Of a DNA stretch of 32,000 bases, positions 7,371 through 16,445 are shown piece after piece. Position 1 is the stretch's first letter, and the number at the start of each line of letters is the position of its first letter. This DNA is from an uncultured Opitutales bacterium. GTDB taxonomy: Bacteria; Verrucomicrobiota; Verrucomicrobiia; Opitutales; Intestinicryptomonadaceae. The position numbers and the translations under genes were made by a program. The stretch is taken from NCBI GenBank assembly GCA_934660865.1, contig CAKUIA010000009.1, positions 1 through 32,000 on the forward strand. Direction: 5' to 3'. The notes under the pieces are model-generated. The model saw nothing but the letters and a program-made list of their open reading frames with translations. It ran no database searches and had not been told where the DNA came from.

Positions 7371-10111
7371 TATTTTACAACCAAGCTTACAATGCGGTTT
7401 GGAACGTATATTTCCTTTACCAGCGTTTTGCCCGCAAGCTGGGCCGCAACTTTGTCGATGGCCTTTGCCTTGGCAATTATGTCTTGCGGGGTGTCTTGCG
7501 GCGAAACGAGAACGTCGCCCCTAAGCTTGCCGTTTACCTGCACGCCTATGCGCTTTTCGGCTTGGGCGGCGGCGTTCATATCGGCCACTGGCCATTTTTG
7601 CTCGGCTATGGACGAAGTGTTGTCGAATCTCTGCCAAATTTCCTCGCAAATGTGCGGGGCAAAGGGGGCCAAAATTTGCAGGAATTTTACCGCCAAGTCC
7701 TTCGATATTTTTTCGCATTTTTGAACGTGCGAAAGGAAAATCATCATCTGCGAAATTGCCGTGTTAAAGCGCAGGTTTTCTATGTCGGCGCCCACCTTTT
7801 GGATTGTCTGGTTTGCAAGCCTTAAAGTTTCGGGCGAATCCTTGAAGCCTTCGCAAATTTTCGGGGCGATTTTGCCGTCGCGGTCTATATATTCCCTCCA
7901 AAACTTTTTAAGGAAGCGCGAAACGCCCTCTATGCCGCTTGTGCTCCACGGCTTTTGGTCTTCGAGGGGGCCCAGGAACATTTCGTACATTCTCAGGCTG
8001 TCGGCTCCGTATTGGGCGATTACATCGTCGGGGTTTACAACGTTGCCGCGGCTTTTGCTCATTTTATACGAGCGCGCTTCGACTGCGATTTCGGGGTTGC
8101 TTTTTAGCACAAAATTTGCGCCGCTTTTTACAACGTCCTTTTCGTCTACGCTTTCGCCTTCGGCGTCTTTGGCGTCTTCGCTTAATGCCGAAACATATTT
8201 GCCGTTTTTCTTAAAGGCCTTGTATTCGGTTTTGCCCAAAATTATGCCCTGGTGGAACAGCTTTTTAAAGGGCTCTTTTGTGGACACAATTTTGCAGTCG
8301 TACAAAACCTTGTGCCAAAATCTTGCATAAAGCAGGTGCAATACGGCGTGTTCTGCGCCGCCGATGTAGAAATCGGGGCCCTGCCAGTATTTTTCGATTT
8401 CGGGGTCGAACGGGGCCTTGTCGTTTTTGTTGTCTAAGTAGCGCAAATAGTACCAGCAAGACCCCGCCCATTGGGGCATTGTGTTTGTTTCGCGCACGGC
8501 CTTAAACCACATATCGCCTTCGGGTTTGCCCGCGCTTTGCGGCACGCTTTCGCCCGTTTGAACATTGTAGTAAATGTCTTTCCATTCGGGGCAGTTTGCC
8601 AATGCGCTTTCGCCGTTGCCCGCGCCCTGGTAGTTTTTAACTTCGGGCAGTTTAAGCGGCAGCTGGCTGTCGGCCAAGGGCAGCGCAAAATGCTTTACGC
8701 CGTTTAAGACGAACGAAACTTCGCTTTCGGGCATATTTTTAAATACATCGCCCTTTGCCTGAATCGCCTTTTGGTAGGCGTCTTGTTCTACCCAAACAAT
8801 GGGGAACGGCTCGCCCCAGTAGCGCTGTCTGGAAAACAGCCAGTCTCTTAGCTTGTAGTTTACCGAAAGCTTGCCGACTTTCTTTTCCTCCAAAAAGGCT
8901 ATGATTTTCTTTTTAACATCGGCGCTGTCTTGGCCCGTAAATTCGCCCGAATTTACCATTTTGCCGACGGCGGTAAAGGGCAGGGGAACGTCGTTGCCGT
9001 TTTCGTCTTTCTTTTCTATAACCTTAATTACGGGCAAGTTGAACTTTTGGGCAAATTCCCAGTCTCTTTCGTCGTGGGCGGGAACGGCCATAATTGCGCC
9101 CGTGCCGTAGCTCATAAGCACATAGTCGGAAACCCATACGGGTATCTTTGCCCCCGTAAGCGGGTTTGTGGCAAATGCCCCCGTAAATACGCCCGTTTTG
9201 TCTTTTGCAAGGTCGGTTCTGTCCAGGTCGCTTTTCGAGGCCGTTTTCTTTAAATACTCCTGCATTTCGGCCTTGTGCTCGGCGCTTGTTATCTTGGCTA
9301 CAAGCGGGTGTTCGGGCGCGATTACCATGTAGGTTGCTCCGTACAAAGTGTCGGGGCGCGTTGTAAACACGGTTAGCGTTTCGCCGAAATCTTCAAGTTT
9401 AAAGTCTACCTTTGCACCCTCCGAGCGGCCAATCCAGTTTTTCTGCAGCTTTTTTGTAGAGTCGGGCCAGTCTACCAAATCCAAATCCTTTAAAAGCTTG
9501 TCGGCGTAGGCTGTAATTTTTAGCACCCATTGGCGCAAATTGCGCTTTTCTACGGGGAAATGCCCGACTTCGCTCTTGCCGTCTATAACCTCTTCGTTGG
9601 CCAAAACCGTTCCCAGTTTCGGGCACCACCAAACGGGTTTTTCGTCTACATAGGCCAAGCCCATTTTAAACAGGCGCAGGAAAATCCACTGCGTCCACCT
9701 AAAATAGTTGGGGTCGGTAGTGTTAATTTCCCTGTCCCAGTCTATGGCAAAGCCTATGCTCTTTATCTGTTTGCGGAAATTGTCTACGTTCTTTTTTGTG
9801 GTTATTGCGGGGTGCGTTCCCGTTTTTATCGCGTATTGCTCGGCGGGCAAACCGAATGCGTCCCAGCCCATGGGGTGCAAAACGTTAAAGCCGTTTGCCT
9901 TTTTGTAGCGGGTAAGAATGTCGGAGGCCGTGTAGCCTTCGGGGTGGCCTATGTGCAGACCCGCGCCCGAAGGGTAGGGGAACATGTCCAATATGTAATA
10001 TTTCGGCTTGTCCGAAAAGTTTTCGGCTTTGAAGGTTTTGTTCTTTTCCCAAAGCTCTTGTTGGTGTTTTTCGATTTTCGAAAAATCGTATTCGGTTGTA
10101 TTTACAGACAT
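7370..10111 (-). CDS. leuS: Leucine--tRNA ligase
   Basis: 913 aa with class I motifs HIGH (LHIGHPEGY) and KMSKS (YKMSKSRGN). Bacterial LeuRS pattern throughout (YILDMFPYPSG, GWDAFGLPAEQ, CP1 editing domain). Confidence 0.98.
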   Translation of the reverse strand: MSVNTTEYDFSKIEKHQQELWEKNKTFKAENFSDKPKYYILDMFPYPSGAGLHIGHPEGYTASDILTRYKKANGFNVLHPMGWDAFGLPAEQYAIKTGTHPAITTKKNVDNFRKQIKSIGFAIDWDREINTTDPNYFRWTQWIFLRLFKMGLAYVDEKPVWWCPKLGTVLANEEVIDGKSEVGHFPVEKRNLRQWVLKITAYADKLLKDLDLVDWPDSTKKLQKNWIGRSEGAKVDFKLEDFGETLTVFTTRPDTLYGATYMVIAPEHPLVAKITSAEHKAEMQEYLKKTASKSDLDRTDLAKDKTGVFTGAFATNPLTGAKIPVWVSDYVLMSYGTGAIMAVPAHDERDWEFAQKFNLPVIKVIEKKDENGNDVPLPFTAVGKMVNSGEFTGQDSADVKKKIIAFLEEKKVGKLSVNYKLRDWLFSRQRYWGEPFPIVWVEQDAYQKAIQAKGDVFKNMPESEVSFVLNGVKHFALPLADSQLPLKLPEVKNYQGAGNGESALANCPEWKDIYYNVQTGESVPQSAGKPEGDMWFKAVRETNTMPQWAGSCWYYLRYLDNKNDKAPFDPEIEKYWQGPDFYIGGAEHAVLHLLYARFWHKVLYDCKIVSTKEPFKKLFHQGIILGKTEYKAFKKNGKYVSALSEDAKDAEGESVDEKDVVKSGANFVLKSNPEIAVEARSYKMSKSRGNVVNPDDVIAQYGADSLRMYEMFLGPLEDQKPWSTSGIEGVSRFLKKFWREYIDRDGKIAPKICEGFKDSPETLRLANQTIQKVGADIENLRFNTAISQMMIFLSHVQKCEKISKDLAVKFLQILAPFAPHICEEIWQRFDNTSSIAEQKWPVADMNAAAQAEKRIGVQVNGKLRGDVLVSPQDTPQDIIAKAKAIDKVAAQLAGKTLVKEIYVPNRIVSLVVK

Positions 10112-10132
10112 ATAATGCTTGTGTTTTTAAAG

Positions 10133-10801
10133 TTATCGGTTGTCGCGCATGGAAACGAGATACAGCAGCCAGCCCAAGCTGGAAACGAATGCCGCTACAT
10201 AGGTAAAGGCGGCGGCGTCTAAAGTTTTGCGAACGCCGATTTTTTCTTCGCCGTCTATTGCGCCCAGTTCTGCAAGATAGGCCTTTGCCCTGTTCGATGC
10301 GTCGAATTCAACGGGCAGGGTAACCAGCTGGAACACCGTTAAAATCAGGTATATTGCAATGCCTATGTCCAACGCCAAAACGCTGTTGAACAAAAAGAAC
10401 CCCGCAAACATAACAACGGGCAAAAGCTGGCTTGCAAACATGGTTATGGGAACTAGCGCCATTCTAAGCTTTAGGGGCGCGTAGTTTTGCTTGTGCTGAA
10501 TTGCGTGCCCCGCTTCGTGGGCTGCAACGCCGAGGGCTGCAAGGCTGTGGCCTGCGTAGACATCGCGGCTAAGGGCAAGCACTTTTTTTGTAGGGTCGTA
10601 GTGGTCGGTAAGCTCGCCCGAAATTTGCACGATTTGCACGTCGTAAATGCCCGCGCTTTGCATTACAATTTCGGCGGCCTCTTTGCCCGTAATTCCGCTT
10701 TTGGCGGGAATTTGGCGGTATTTGCCGTATGCGCTTTGCACCCTTATTTGGGCGTACATGCCCACTATAAGGGGAATCAAAATAAGTACCAAAAATTCCA
10801 T
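10133..10801 (-). CDS. Membrane zinc metallopeptidase (Zn_peptidase_2 / YugP-like)
   Basis: 222 aa with N-terminal TM, HEAGH zinc motif, ...LTDHYDPTKKVLALSRDVY pattern and C-terminal TM helices. Confidence 0.9.
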   Translation of the reverse strand: MEFLVLILIPLIVGMYAQIRVQSAYGKYRQIPAKSGITGKEAAEIVMQSAGIYDVQIVQISGELTDHYDPTKKVLALSRDVYAGHSLAALGVAAHEAGHAIQHKQNYAPLKLRMALVPITMFASQLLPVVMFAGFFLFNSVLALDIGIAIYLILTVFQLVTLPVEFDASNRAKAYLAELGAIDGEEKIGVRKTLDAAAFTYVAAFVSSLGWLLYLVSMRDNR

Positions 10802-10830
10802 ATAAAAAAGTGTCGTTATAGGTTGTTATT

Positions 10831-12153
10831 TTAATCGAAACCCTCGTCGTGGCCGTCGGGTGTGCGGTAGCGCATTTTCACATAATGCTTGTCTACATCG
10901 CCCTGATAAACCTGGCGGGGCCTGTTGATTTTGCCTTTCGGGTCTTCGGCAACTTCCTTCCAATGTGCAATCCACCCCGGCATTCTGCCTATGGCGAAAA
11001 GCACCGTAAACATATCGGTGGGAATGCCTATGGCCTTTAATATAAGCCCGCTGTAAAAGTCTACGTTGGGATACAGGTTTCGGCTTATAAAATAGTCGTC
11101 CGAACGGGCTTTTTCCTCGAGCTTGCGCGCCAAGTTTAGCAATGGGTCGTTCTTTTTTACCGCGGCAAATACCTTTTCGGAGGCTTTGCTTAATATGTTC
11201 GCGCGCGGGTCGTAGGCCTTGTATACCCTGTGTCCGAAGCCCATAAGGCGACGTTTGCCGCTTTTTGCGGTTTCCAAAAATGCGTCTATATTGCCGCCCG
11301 TAGCGTAGATTTCTTCGAGCATTTTAATTACCTGCTGGTTAGCGCCTCCGTGCAGGGGGCCCCACAGCGCGCAAACGCCCGCCGCTATCGAGGCAAACAA
11401 ATTTGCGCCGCTGCTTGCAACCATTCTTACGGTGGAAGTCGAGCAGTTTTGTTCGTGGTCGCAGTGCAAAAGCAATATAAGGTCTAGCGCTTTTGTAATG
11501 TCGTCGTGCGGGTAGTATTCGTGGTAGGGCTCGGTAAACATCATGTGCAGCAGGTTTTGCCCGTAGCCTAAATCCTGTTTGGGATATATAAGGGGCAAAC
11601 CGTTTTTCATGCGGTATGTCATGGCCGCAATGGTTCTTACCTTGCTAATCAAAATTGTGGCCGCGTCGTCGAAATATTCCAAGTCTTGCTCGCGGTTGTT
11701 TGTGGCCATAAAGGGATAGTAGCAGCCCAGCGAGTTTAGCAGCGCCGACAATATCGCCATTGGGTGTGCCGTAGACGGGAAACCGCCCTGGAAAAAGTGT
11801 ATCATAGACTCGTGCAGCGAGGCGTTGCGCAGCACCTTGTGCGAGAACGAGCTCATTTCCTGCCTGGTGGGAAGCTTGCCGTATATAACCAAATAGGCCG
11901 TTTCTATGAATGTGGAGTTTTCGGCAAGTTCCTCTATGGAAATTCCGCGGTGTGCCAAAAAGCCCTTTTCGCCGTTTATGTAGGTTATTTTGCTTTCGCA
12001 CGACGCCGTGTTGCCGTAGCCCGAATCGAGTGTAATGTAGCCCGTTTCGGCTCTCAGTTTTCTGATGTCTATGGCGTTGTCGCCCGCCGTTGCCTTTACA
12101 ATGGGCAGCGTGTGCTCTTTTCCGTCTATTATAAGCTTGGCTGAGTTGTCCAT
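10831..12153 (-). CDS. gltA: Citrate synthase
   Basis: Track ORF trimmed from TTG 12177 to ATG 12153 ([13 protein letters not shown]...), 4 nt after the hisH stop. Motifs [31 protein letters not shown]. Confidence 0.95.
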   Translation of the reverse strand: MDNSAKLIIDGKEHTLPIVKATAGDNAIDIRKLRAETGYITLDSGYGNTASCESKITYINGEKGFLAHRGISIEELAENSTFIETAYLVIYGKLPTRQEMSSFSHKVLRNASLHESMIHFFQGGFPSTAHPMAILSALLNSLGCYYPFMATNNREQDLEYFDDAATILISKVRTIAAMTYRMKNGLPLIYPKQDLGYGQNLLHMMFTEPYHEYYPHDDITKALDLILLLHCDHEQNCSTSTVRMVASSGANLFASIAAGVCALWGPLHGGANQQVIKMLEEIYATGGNIDAFLETAKSGKRRLMGFGHRVYKAYDPRANILSKASEKVFAAVKKNDPLLNLARKLEEKARSDDYFISRNLYPNVDFYSGLILKAIGIPTDMFTVLFAIGRMPGWIAHWKEVAEDPKGKINRPRQVYQGDVDKHYVKMRYRTPDGHDEGFD

Positions 12154-12157
12154 AAAT

Positions 12158-12790
12158 TTATTTGTTGTCGTTGGCAAATTTTAGAAAGTTTGAATATAAA
12201 AGCAGCCCTTTCGACTGGCTCTTTTCGGGGTGGAATTGGCATGCGCACAACTTCGACTTTAACACCGCCGAAGTGAATGTTTTGCCGCCGTATTCGGTTT
12301 GCCCGAAAACAATTTCGCTTTGCGGGGTGTCTACATAGTAGCTGTGCACAAAGTAGAATTGGTCGTTTTTCGGGTCTATGCCGTTTAAAATCGGGCTTTG
12401 TTTTACAAAGTGCACGTTGTTCCAGCCCATGTGCGGAACTTTGTATTGCTTTTCGAGGCTAAGCTTTTTTACCGAGCCTTTGAAAATGCCGAGACATTCG
12501 CAGTCGCCCTCTTCGGAATATTCGAACAAAGCCTGAAGCCCGAGGCAGATTCCGAAAAACGGCTTGTCGGCCGCAATCCAGTCGCGTATTGCCGATGTCC
12601 AGCCCGTCGAGTTTAAAAGCTTAATCGCCTCGGTAATTGCGCCCTGGCCGGGGAACACAAGCAAGTCGGCGTCTTTGCATTCAAGCGGGCTTTGCGCGAT
12701 AAACGCGTTTGCCCCCGCAGCCTGCCAGGCGCGCCAAACGCTGCGCAGGTTGCCCATAGAATAGTCTATAATTGCAGCTTTTAGTGCCAT
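12158..12790 (-). CDS. hisH: Imidazole glycerol phosphate synthase, glutamine amidotransferase subunit
   Basis: Track ORF trimmed to ATG 12790 ([15 protein letters not shown]...), 1 nt after the hisB stop. Motifs LVFPGQGA, catalytic Cys in [20 protein letters not shown]. Confidence 0.95.
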   Translation of the reverse strand: MALKAAIIDYSMGNLRSVWRAWQAAGANAFIAQSPLECKDADLLVFPGQGAITEAIKLLNSTGWTSAIRDWIAADKPFFGICLGLQALFEYSEEGDCECLGIFKGSVKKLSLEKQYKVPHMGWNNVHFVKQSPILNGIDPKNDQFYFVHSYYVDTPQSEIVFGQTEYGGKTFTSAVLKSKLCACQFHPEKSQSKGLLLYSNFLKFANDNK

Positions 12791-12791
12791 A

Positions 12792-13382
12792 TTATAAACT
12801 GCCCTTCGTTGTCGGAAGCCTGTCGCCCCTGCGGGGGTTCTTTTCGCAGGCAATGCACAGGGCCTTTGCAAAGCCCTTGAATATTGCCTCGCAAATGTGG
12901 TGGGGTTCTTCGCCGTATTCAAGCTTTATGTGCAAGTTTGCGCCCGCTTCGTTTGCAAAGGCCTGGAAGAACTCTTTGCAAAGGCTTACATTAAAGTCTC
13001 TTACCCTTTTTGCGTCGGAGGCGTTTACGTTGTATACCAAATACGGGCGGTTCGACAAGTCCACTGCAACGGTTACCAAACATTCGTCCATAGGCAGCGT
13101 AAAAAAGCCGTAGCGGTTAATGCCCGCCTTGTCTGCCAATGCCTCCTTTACGGCCTTGCCCAAAACAAGCCCCATGTCTTCCACCGTGTGGTGGTAGTCT
13201 ACGTCGGTGTCGCCCGTGGCCGCTATGTTAAGGTCGAAAAGCCCGTGGCGCGAAAACAACTCCAGCATATGGTTAAAGAAGGCAATAGGCGTTTTTACAT
13301 TGTAGTCGCCGTTGCCGTCGAGGTTTATCGAAAGCTTGATTTGGGTTTCCTTTGTGTTTCTTTCAATAGTGGCTGTTCTCAT
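12792..13382 (-). CDS. hisB: Imidazoleglycerol-phosphate dehydratase
   Basis: Motifs [41 protein letters not shown]. Start taken at ATG 13382 (ATGA overlap with the hisC stop); the alternative ATG 13394 adds MVKK. Confidence 0.95.
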   Translation of the reverse strand: MRTATIERNTKETQIKLSINLDGNGDYNVKTPIAFFNHMLELFSRHGLFDLNIAATGDTDVDYHHTVEDMGLVLGKAVKEALADKAGINRYGFFTLPMDECLVTVAVDLSNRPYLVYNVNASDAKRVRDFNVSLCKEFFQAFANEAGANLHIKLEYGEEPHHICEAIFKGFAKALCIACEKNPRRGDRLPTTKGSL

Positions 13383-14479
13383 TTTTTTAACCATTCAAGT
13401 ATTGTGTTTTGCACGGCCTGCATATCCGAATCGGTGCCTATGCTTATTCTTAAATATCTGTTTATCGCCCTGTCCGAGGCAAAATAGCGCACCAAAATTT
13501 TGTTGGCCTTTAAAAAGTCTAAAAGCTCTTTTGCAACTTTCGGCGAGCTTTTGCCCTTTGCGTTTTTTGGGGCTACAAACACAAAGTTTGTGTTCGAGTC
13601 GAACAATTCCCAGCCCAATTTTTTCAGGAAAGCCGAAAACGATTTGCGAGTAGCCTTTATTTTTGCGACCAGGTTTTTGTAGTAGGCCCTGTCGTTTAGG
13701 GCGGCAACTGCGGCAACCTGGGCAAGGGCGTCGAGATTGTACGAATCCCTTACCTTGTCGAGCTCGGTTATAATTTCTTTGGAGGCCACCGCCCAGCCCA
13801 CGCGCATGCCCGCCAACGCCCAGCATTTAGACGCCGTGCAGCAAATTGCGGTGTTCTTGTATTTCTTTACAAGCTTTGCGCTTTCGTATTTCGAGAACGG
13901 CTCGTAGGCTTCGTCGATAAGCAGAATGCCCTTGAATTTTTTTGCGAGGTCTTCCACCTGCTCGAACGGGAACTGGTGCGAAGTCGGCGCATTTGGGTTT
14001 GTAAGGAAAAACAGGTTTGCGCCGCTTTTTACGATTTTGTCTACGGGCAGGTCTTTTGTGTTCGGGTTAAAATCTATGTCGATAAATTCGGCATTCTGGA
14101 TTTTCGCCAAAACGGGGTAAAGCGAGTAGCTTGGGTGCAGTGCCGCAATCTTAAGCTTTTTGTCGGAAAATGCGCGCACAAAAAGGTTAAGAACATCGTC
14201 GGAACCGTTGCCTGCAAACGCGTTTTCGGGCTTTACGCCGTAGCGTTTCGCCACGGTTTGCCTTAGCAGCCTGCTTTCGGGGTCGGGATACAGCCTAAGG
14301 CACGAGCCGTCGCCCAGCTTCTTTAAAATGGCCTCTTTTACTTTCGGGCTTGGCGGGTATGGCGACTCGTTCGTGTTAAGCTTAATCCAGCCGCCGCCCT
14401 GCGGCTGTTCGCCGGGGGTGTAGGCCGCCATTTTCGATACACTGGCCGAAATTTTGTTTTTAAGATTAAAGTTTTTCAT
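13379..14479 (-). CDS. hisC: Histidinol-phosphate aminotransferase
   Basis: 366 aa with [17 protein letters not shown] and a PLP-lysine region [17 protein letters not shown]. Confidence 0.93.
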   Translation of the reverse strand: MKNFNLKNKISASVSKMAAYTPGEQPQGGGWIKLNTNESPYPPSPKVKEAILKKLGDGSCLRLYPDPESRLLRQTVAKRYGVKPENAFAGNGSDDVLNLFVRAFSDKKLKIAALHPSYSLYPVLAKIQNAEFIDIDFNPNTKDLPVDKIVKSGANLFFLTNPNAPTSHQFPFEQVEDLAKKFKGILLIDEAYEPFSKYESAKLVKKYKNTAICCTASKCWALAGMRVGWAVASKEIITELDKVRDSYNLDALAQVAAVAALNDRAYYKNLVAKIKATRKSFSAFLKKLGWELFDSNTNFVFVAPKNAKGKSSPKVAKELLDFLKANKILVRYFASDRAINRYLRISIGTDSDMQAVQNTILEWLKK

Positions 14480-15224
14480 CGGCTTTTTTGATTATGTCGA
14501 AAATATCGTCTATGGGTTTTGCCCTTGAATTGTTGTCGAGCCTTTTAAAATATTCGTCTTGCTTTCTCTGAATGTCGAAGGGCTCGTCGGGCAGGGTGTC
14601 TTCGTCAAGCTCTATTTCGTCTATCGGGTCGTAGTCGTCGAAGGCAAATGTCAGCCTTCTGGCTTCGTCTATCAAAAGAACGTCGGGCATTTTGCAAAGG
14701 CCGTTTTTGTTCAGCGTAAAAACTTCGTGCGGCAGGCACAGCTTTTTGTAGCGTTTTTTAAGCTTTTCTGTCTCCGAATTTTTCGCCTCAAAAGTTTTGT
14801 CGAGCAAAATGCAGTCGCTAAAATGCGAAACGGCGTCGAAATAGTTTTCGCAAAGCTTCGGGTTTTCGGTGTAAAGCTTGCAGTCTACAAAGCCGAATAT
14901 GCGCACAACGCGCACGGTTTTGTTGTCGTTTAAATTTTTGTAAAATTCAAGCTCGTCGGCAAGGTTGCAAAGCGGGTTTGCCATAATAAACGCGCAGTCG
15001 GCATTTTGGTTTTCAAGCAAAATGCCTTCAATGTCCGCATGCGTTTCGTAGCGGAAAATTTCGGCGTTTGTACCGGCAAAAAAGCCTTCGTCGAAAACGT
15101 CGTCTTTGGCGGCAAGCACCAAAGTTTTTGCGCTTTCGGGCAGCGAATTTTTTACACATTCGGCCGCCACCGAAGCTCTGGACTTTTCGGGCGAGCCTAT
15201 AAAAATGTATGTATTTACGGCCAT
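14466..15224 (-). CDS. Hypothetical protein, CobW/G3E-like topology with degenerate GTPase motifs and an acidic C-terminal tail
   Basis: 252-aa ATG ORF, 3 nt after the aroC stop, overlapping the hisC start by 14 nt. By-eye colinearity with the CobW N-domain (details in findings). No intact Walker A motif or GCxCC motif. Confidence 0.75.
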   Translation of the reverse strand: MAVNTYIFIGSPEKSRASVAAECVKNSLPESAKTLVLAAKDDVFDEGFFAGTNAEIFRYETHADIEGILLENQNADCAFIMANPLCNLADELEFYKNLNDNKTVRVVRIFGFVDCKLYTENPKLCENYFDAVSHFSDCILLDKTFEAKNSETEKLKKRYKKLCLPHEVFTLNKNGLCKMPDVLLIDEARRLTFAFDDYDPIDEIELDEDTLPDEPFDIQRKQDEYFKRLDNNSRAKPIDDIFDIIKKADEKL

Positions 15225-15227
15225 AGT

Positions 15228-16316
15228 TTAATACAGCTTTGCAGCCGCCTCCCTTGCAGACTGTTCCATTTCGAAATTCAGGATTACAATGGCGGCCATC
15301 GCCTCTACAATGGGAACGGCCCTCGGCAAAACGCACGGGTCGTGGCGGCCGCGCCCCATTATTTTTGCGGGTTGCAGCTTGTTGTCTACGGTGTCCTGCT
15401 CTTTTACGATTGTGGCCACCGGTTTAAATGCAACTTTAAAGTCTATGTCCATGCCGCTGCTAATGCCGCCTAAAACGCCGCCCGCATTGTTGGTTTTGGT
15501 TTTTACAGCGCCGTTTTCGGCGTAGAAAATATCGTTGTTCTTCGAGCCGAAAAGACGCGCGGCGGCAAAGCCTGCGCCTATTTCAAAACCCTTTGCCGCC
15601 GGTATCGAAAGCATTGCCTTTGCCAATTCGGCATGCAGCCTGTCGAACACGGGTTCGCCCAAGCCTGGCCTTACGCCCGAAATGCGGCAGTGTATTACGC
15701 CGCCTACGCTTTCGCCCTCCGATTTGGCCTTTTTTATAAATTCAACCATCTTTGCCGAAACGCCCTTGTCGGGGCAGCGCACGGGGCTTGCCTGAATGTC
15801 GGCGTCCGACGGGGTTTCCTTTGCATAGGGCATGCCTATAGAGTGCACGGTTTCAACCCATGCTGTTATTTTTACCGATTTAGAAAGGCATTTTTTTGCA
15901 ACGGCCCCCGCAATTACGCGGGCAATGGTTTCCCTTGCCGAGCTTCTGCCGCCGCCGCGGTAGTCGCGTATGCCGAATTTTGCGTCGTAGGTATAGTCGG
16001 CGTGCGAGGGGCGGTATTTGTCGGCCATTTCGGAATAGTCCGACGAGTGTTGGTCGGAGTTTCTCACAATCACGCAAATGGGAGTTCCCAAAGTTTTGCC
16101 CCCGAAAGTTCCCGACAAAATTTCGCATTTGTCGGCCTCGTTGCGCGGGGTGGAAATGTCGCTTTGCCCCGGGCGGCGCTTGTCTAGCTCGGCTTGAATG
16201 TCGCTTTCCGACAACTCAAGCCTGGGCGGACAGCCGTCTATAATGCAGCCTACCGCCTTGCCGTGGCTTTCGCCGAAAGACGCCACCTTAAAGAGATTTC
16301 CGTATATGTTTCCCAT
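15228..16316 (-). CDS. aroC: Chorismate synthase
   Basis: Track ORF trimmed to ATG 16316 (MGNIYGNLFKVASFGESHGKAVG...). Signatures FGESHG, GGGRSSARET, GRHDPCVLPRAVP. Confidence 0.95.
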   Translation of the reverse strand: MGNIYGNLFKVASFGESHGKAVGCIIDGCPPRLELSESDIQAELDKRRPGQSDISTPRNEADKCEILSGTFGGKTLGTPICVIVRNSDQHSSDYSEMADKYRPSHADYTYDAKFGIRDYRGGGRSSARETIARVIAGAVAKKCLSKSVKITAWVETVHSIGMPYAKETPSDADIQASPVRCPDKGVSAKMVEFIKKAKSEGESVGGVIHCRISGVRPGLGEPVFDRLHAELAKAMLSIPAAKGFEIGAGFAAARLFGSKNNDIFYAENGAVKTKTNNAGGVLGGISSGMDIDFKVAFKPVATIVKEQDTVDNKLQPAKIMGRGRHDPCVLPRAVPIVEAMAAIVILNFEMEQSAREAAAKLY

Positions 16317-16387
16317 TATGTAAATAATTAAGCAAATGCCGTTGCCGTGCAAGCATTTTCTGCAAATAAAATAAGTTAAAAGAACGC

Positions 16388-16415
16388 TTGAAAATGCCGT
16401 TAAATAGGGTAATTT
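16388..16415 (+). promoter_or_regulatory. Candidate sigma70-type promoter for ppk
   Basis: TTGAAA (16388-16393), 16-nt spacer, TAATTT (16410-15), about 30 nt upstream of ATG 16446. The consensus for this lineage is unknown. Confidence 0.25.
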
Positions 16416-16445
16416 TTTGTCAGTTTTTTATTGAAGATTTGCGCT

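Noticed and set aside
9530-10222. 230-aa plus-strand ORF. The ORFs 7056-7724, 7761-8330 and 12897-13487 belong to the same class.
   Set aside because: All are antisense shadows of leuS or hisB/hisC. None is independently supported.
12791-12922. N-terminal extensions offered by the ORF track: hisH to 12922, aroC to 16352, ppk from 16431, ruvX to 19834, exbD to 4039, gltA to 12177, Gfo from 23062, pgi from 25599, small lipoprotein from 28112, maf from 28495.
   Set aside because: The extensions mostly start at TTG or overlap the preceding gene. The family-conserved N-termini begin at internal ATGs that sit 0-10 nt after the upstream stop or behind a visible RBS.
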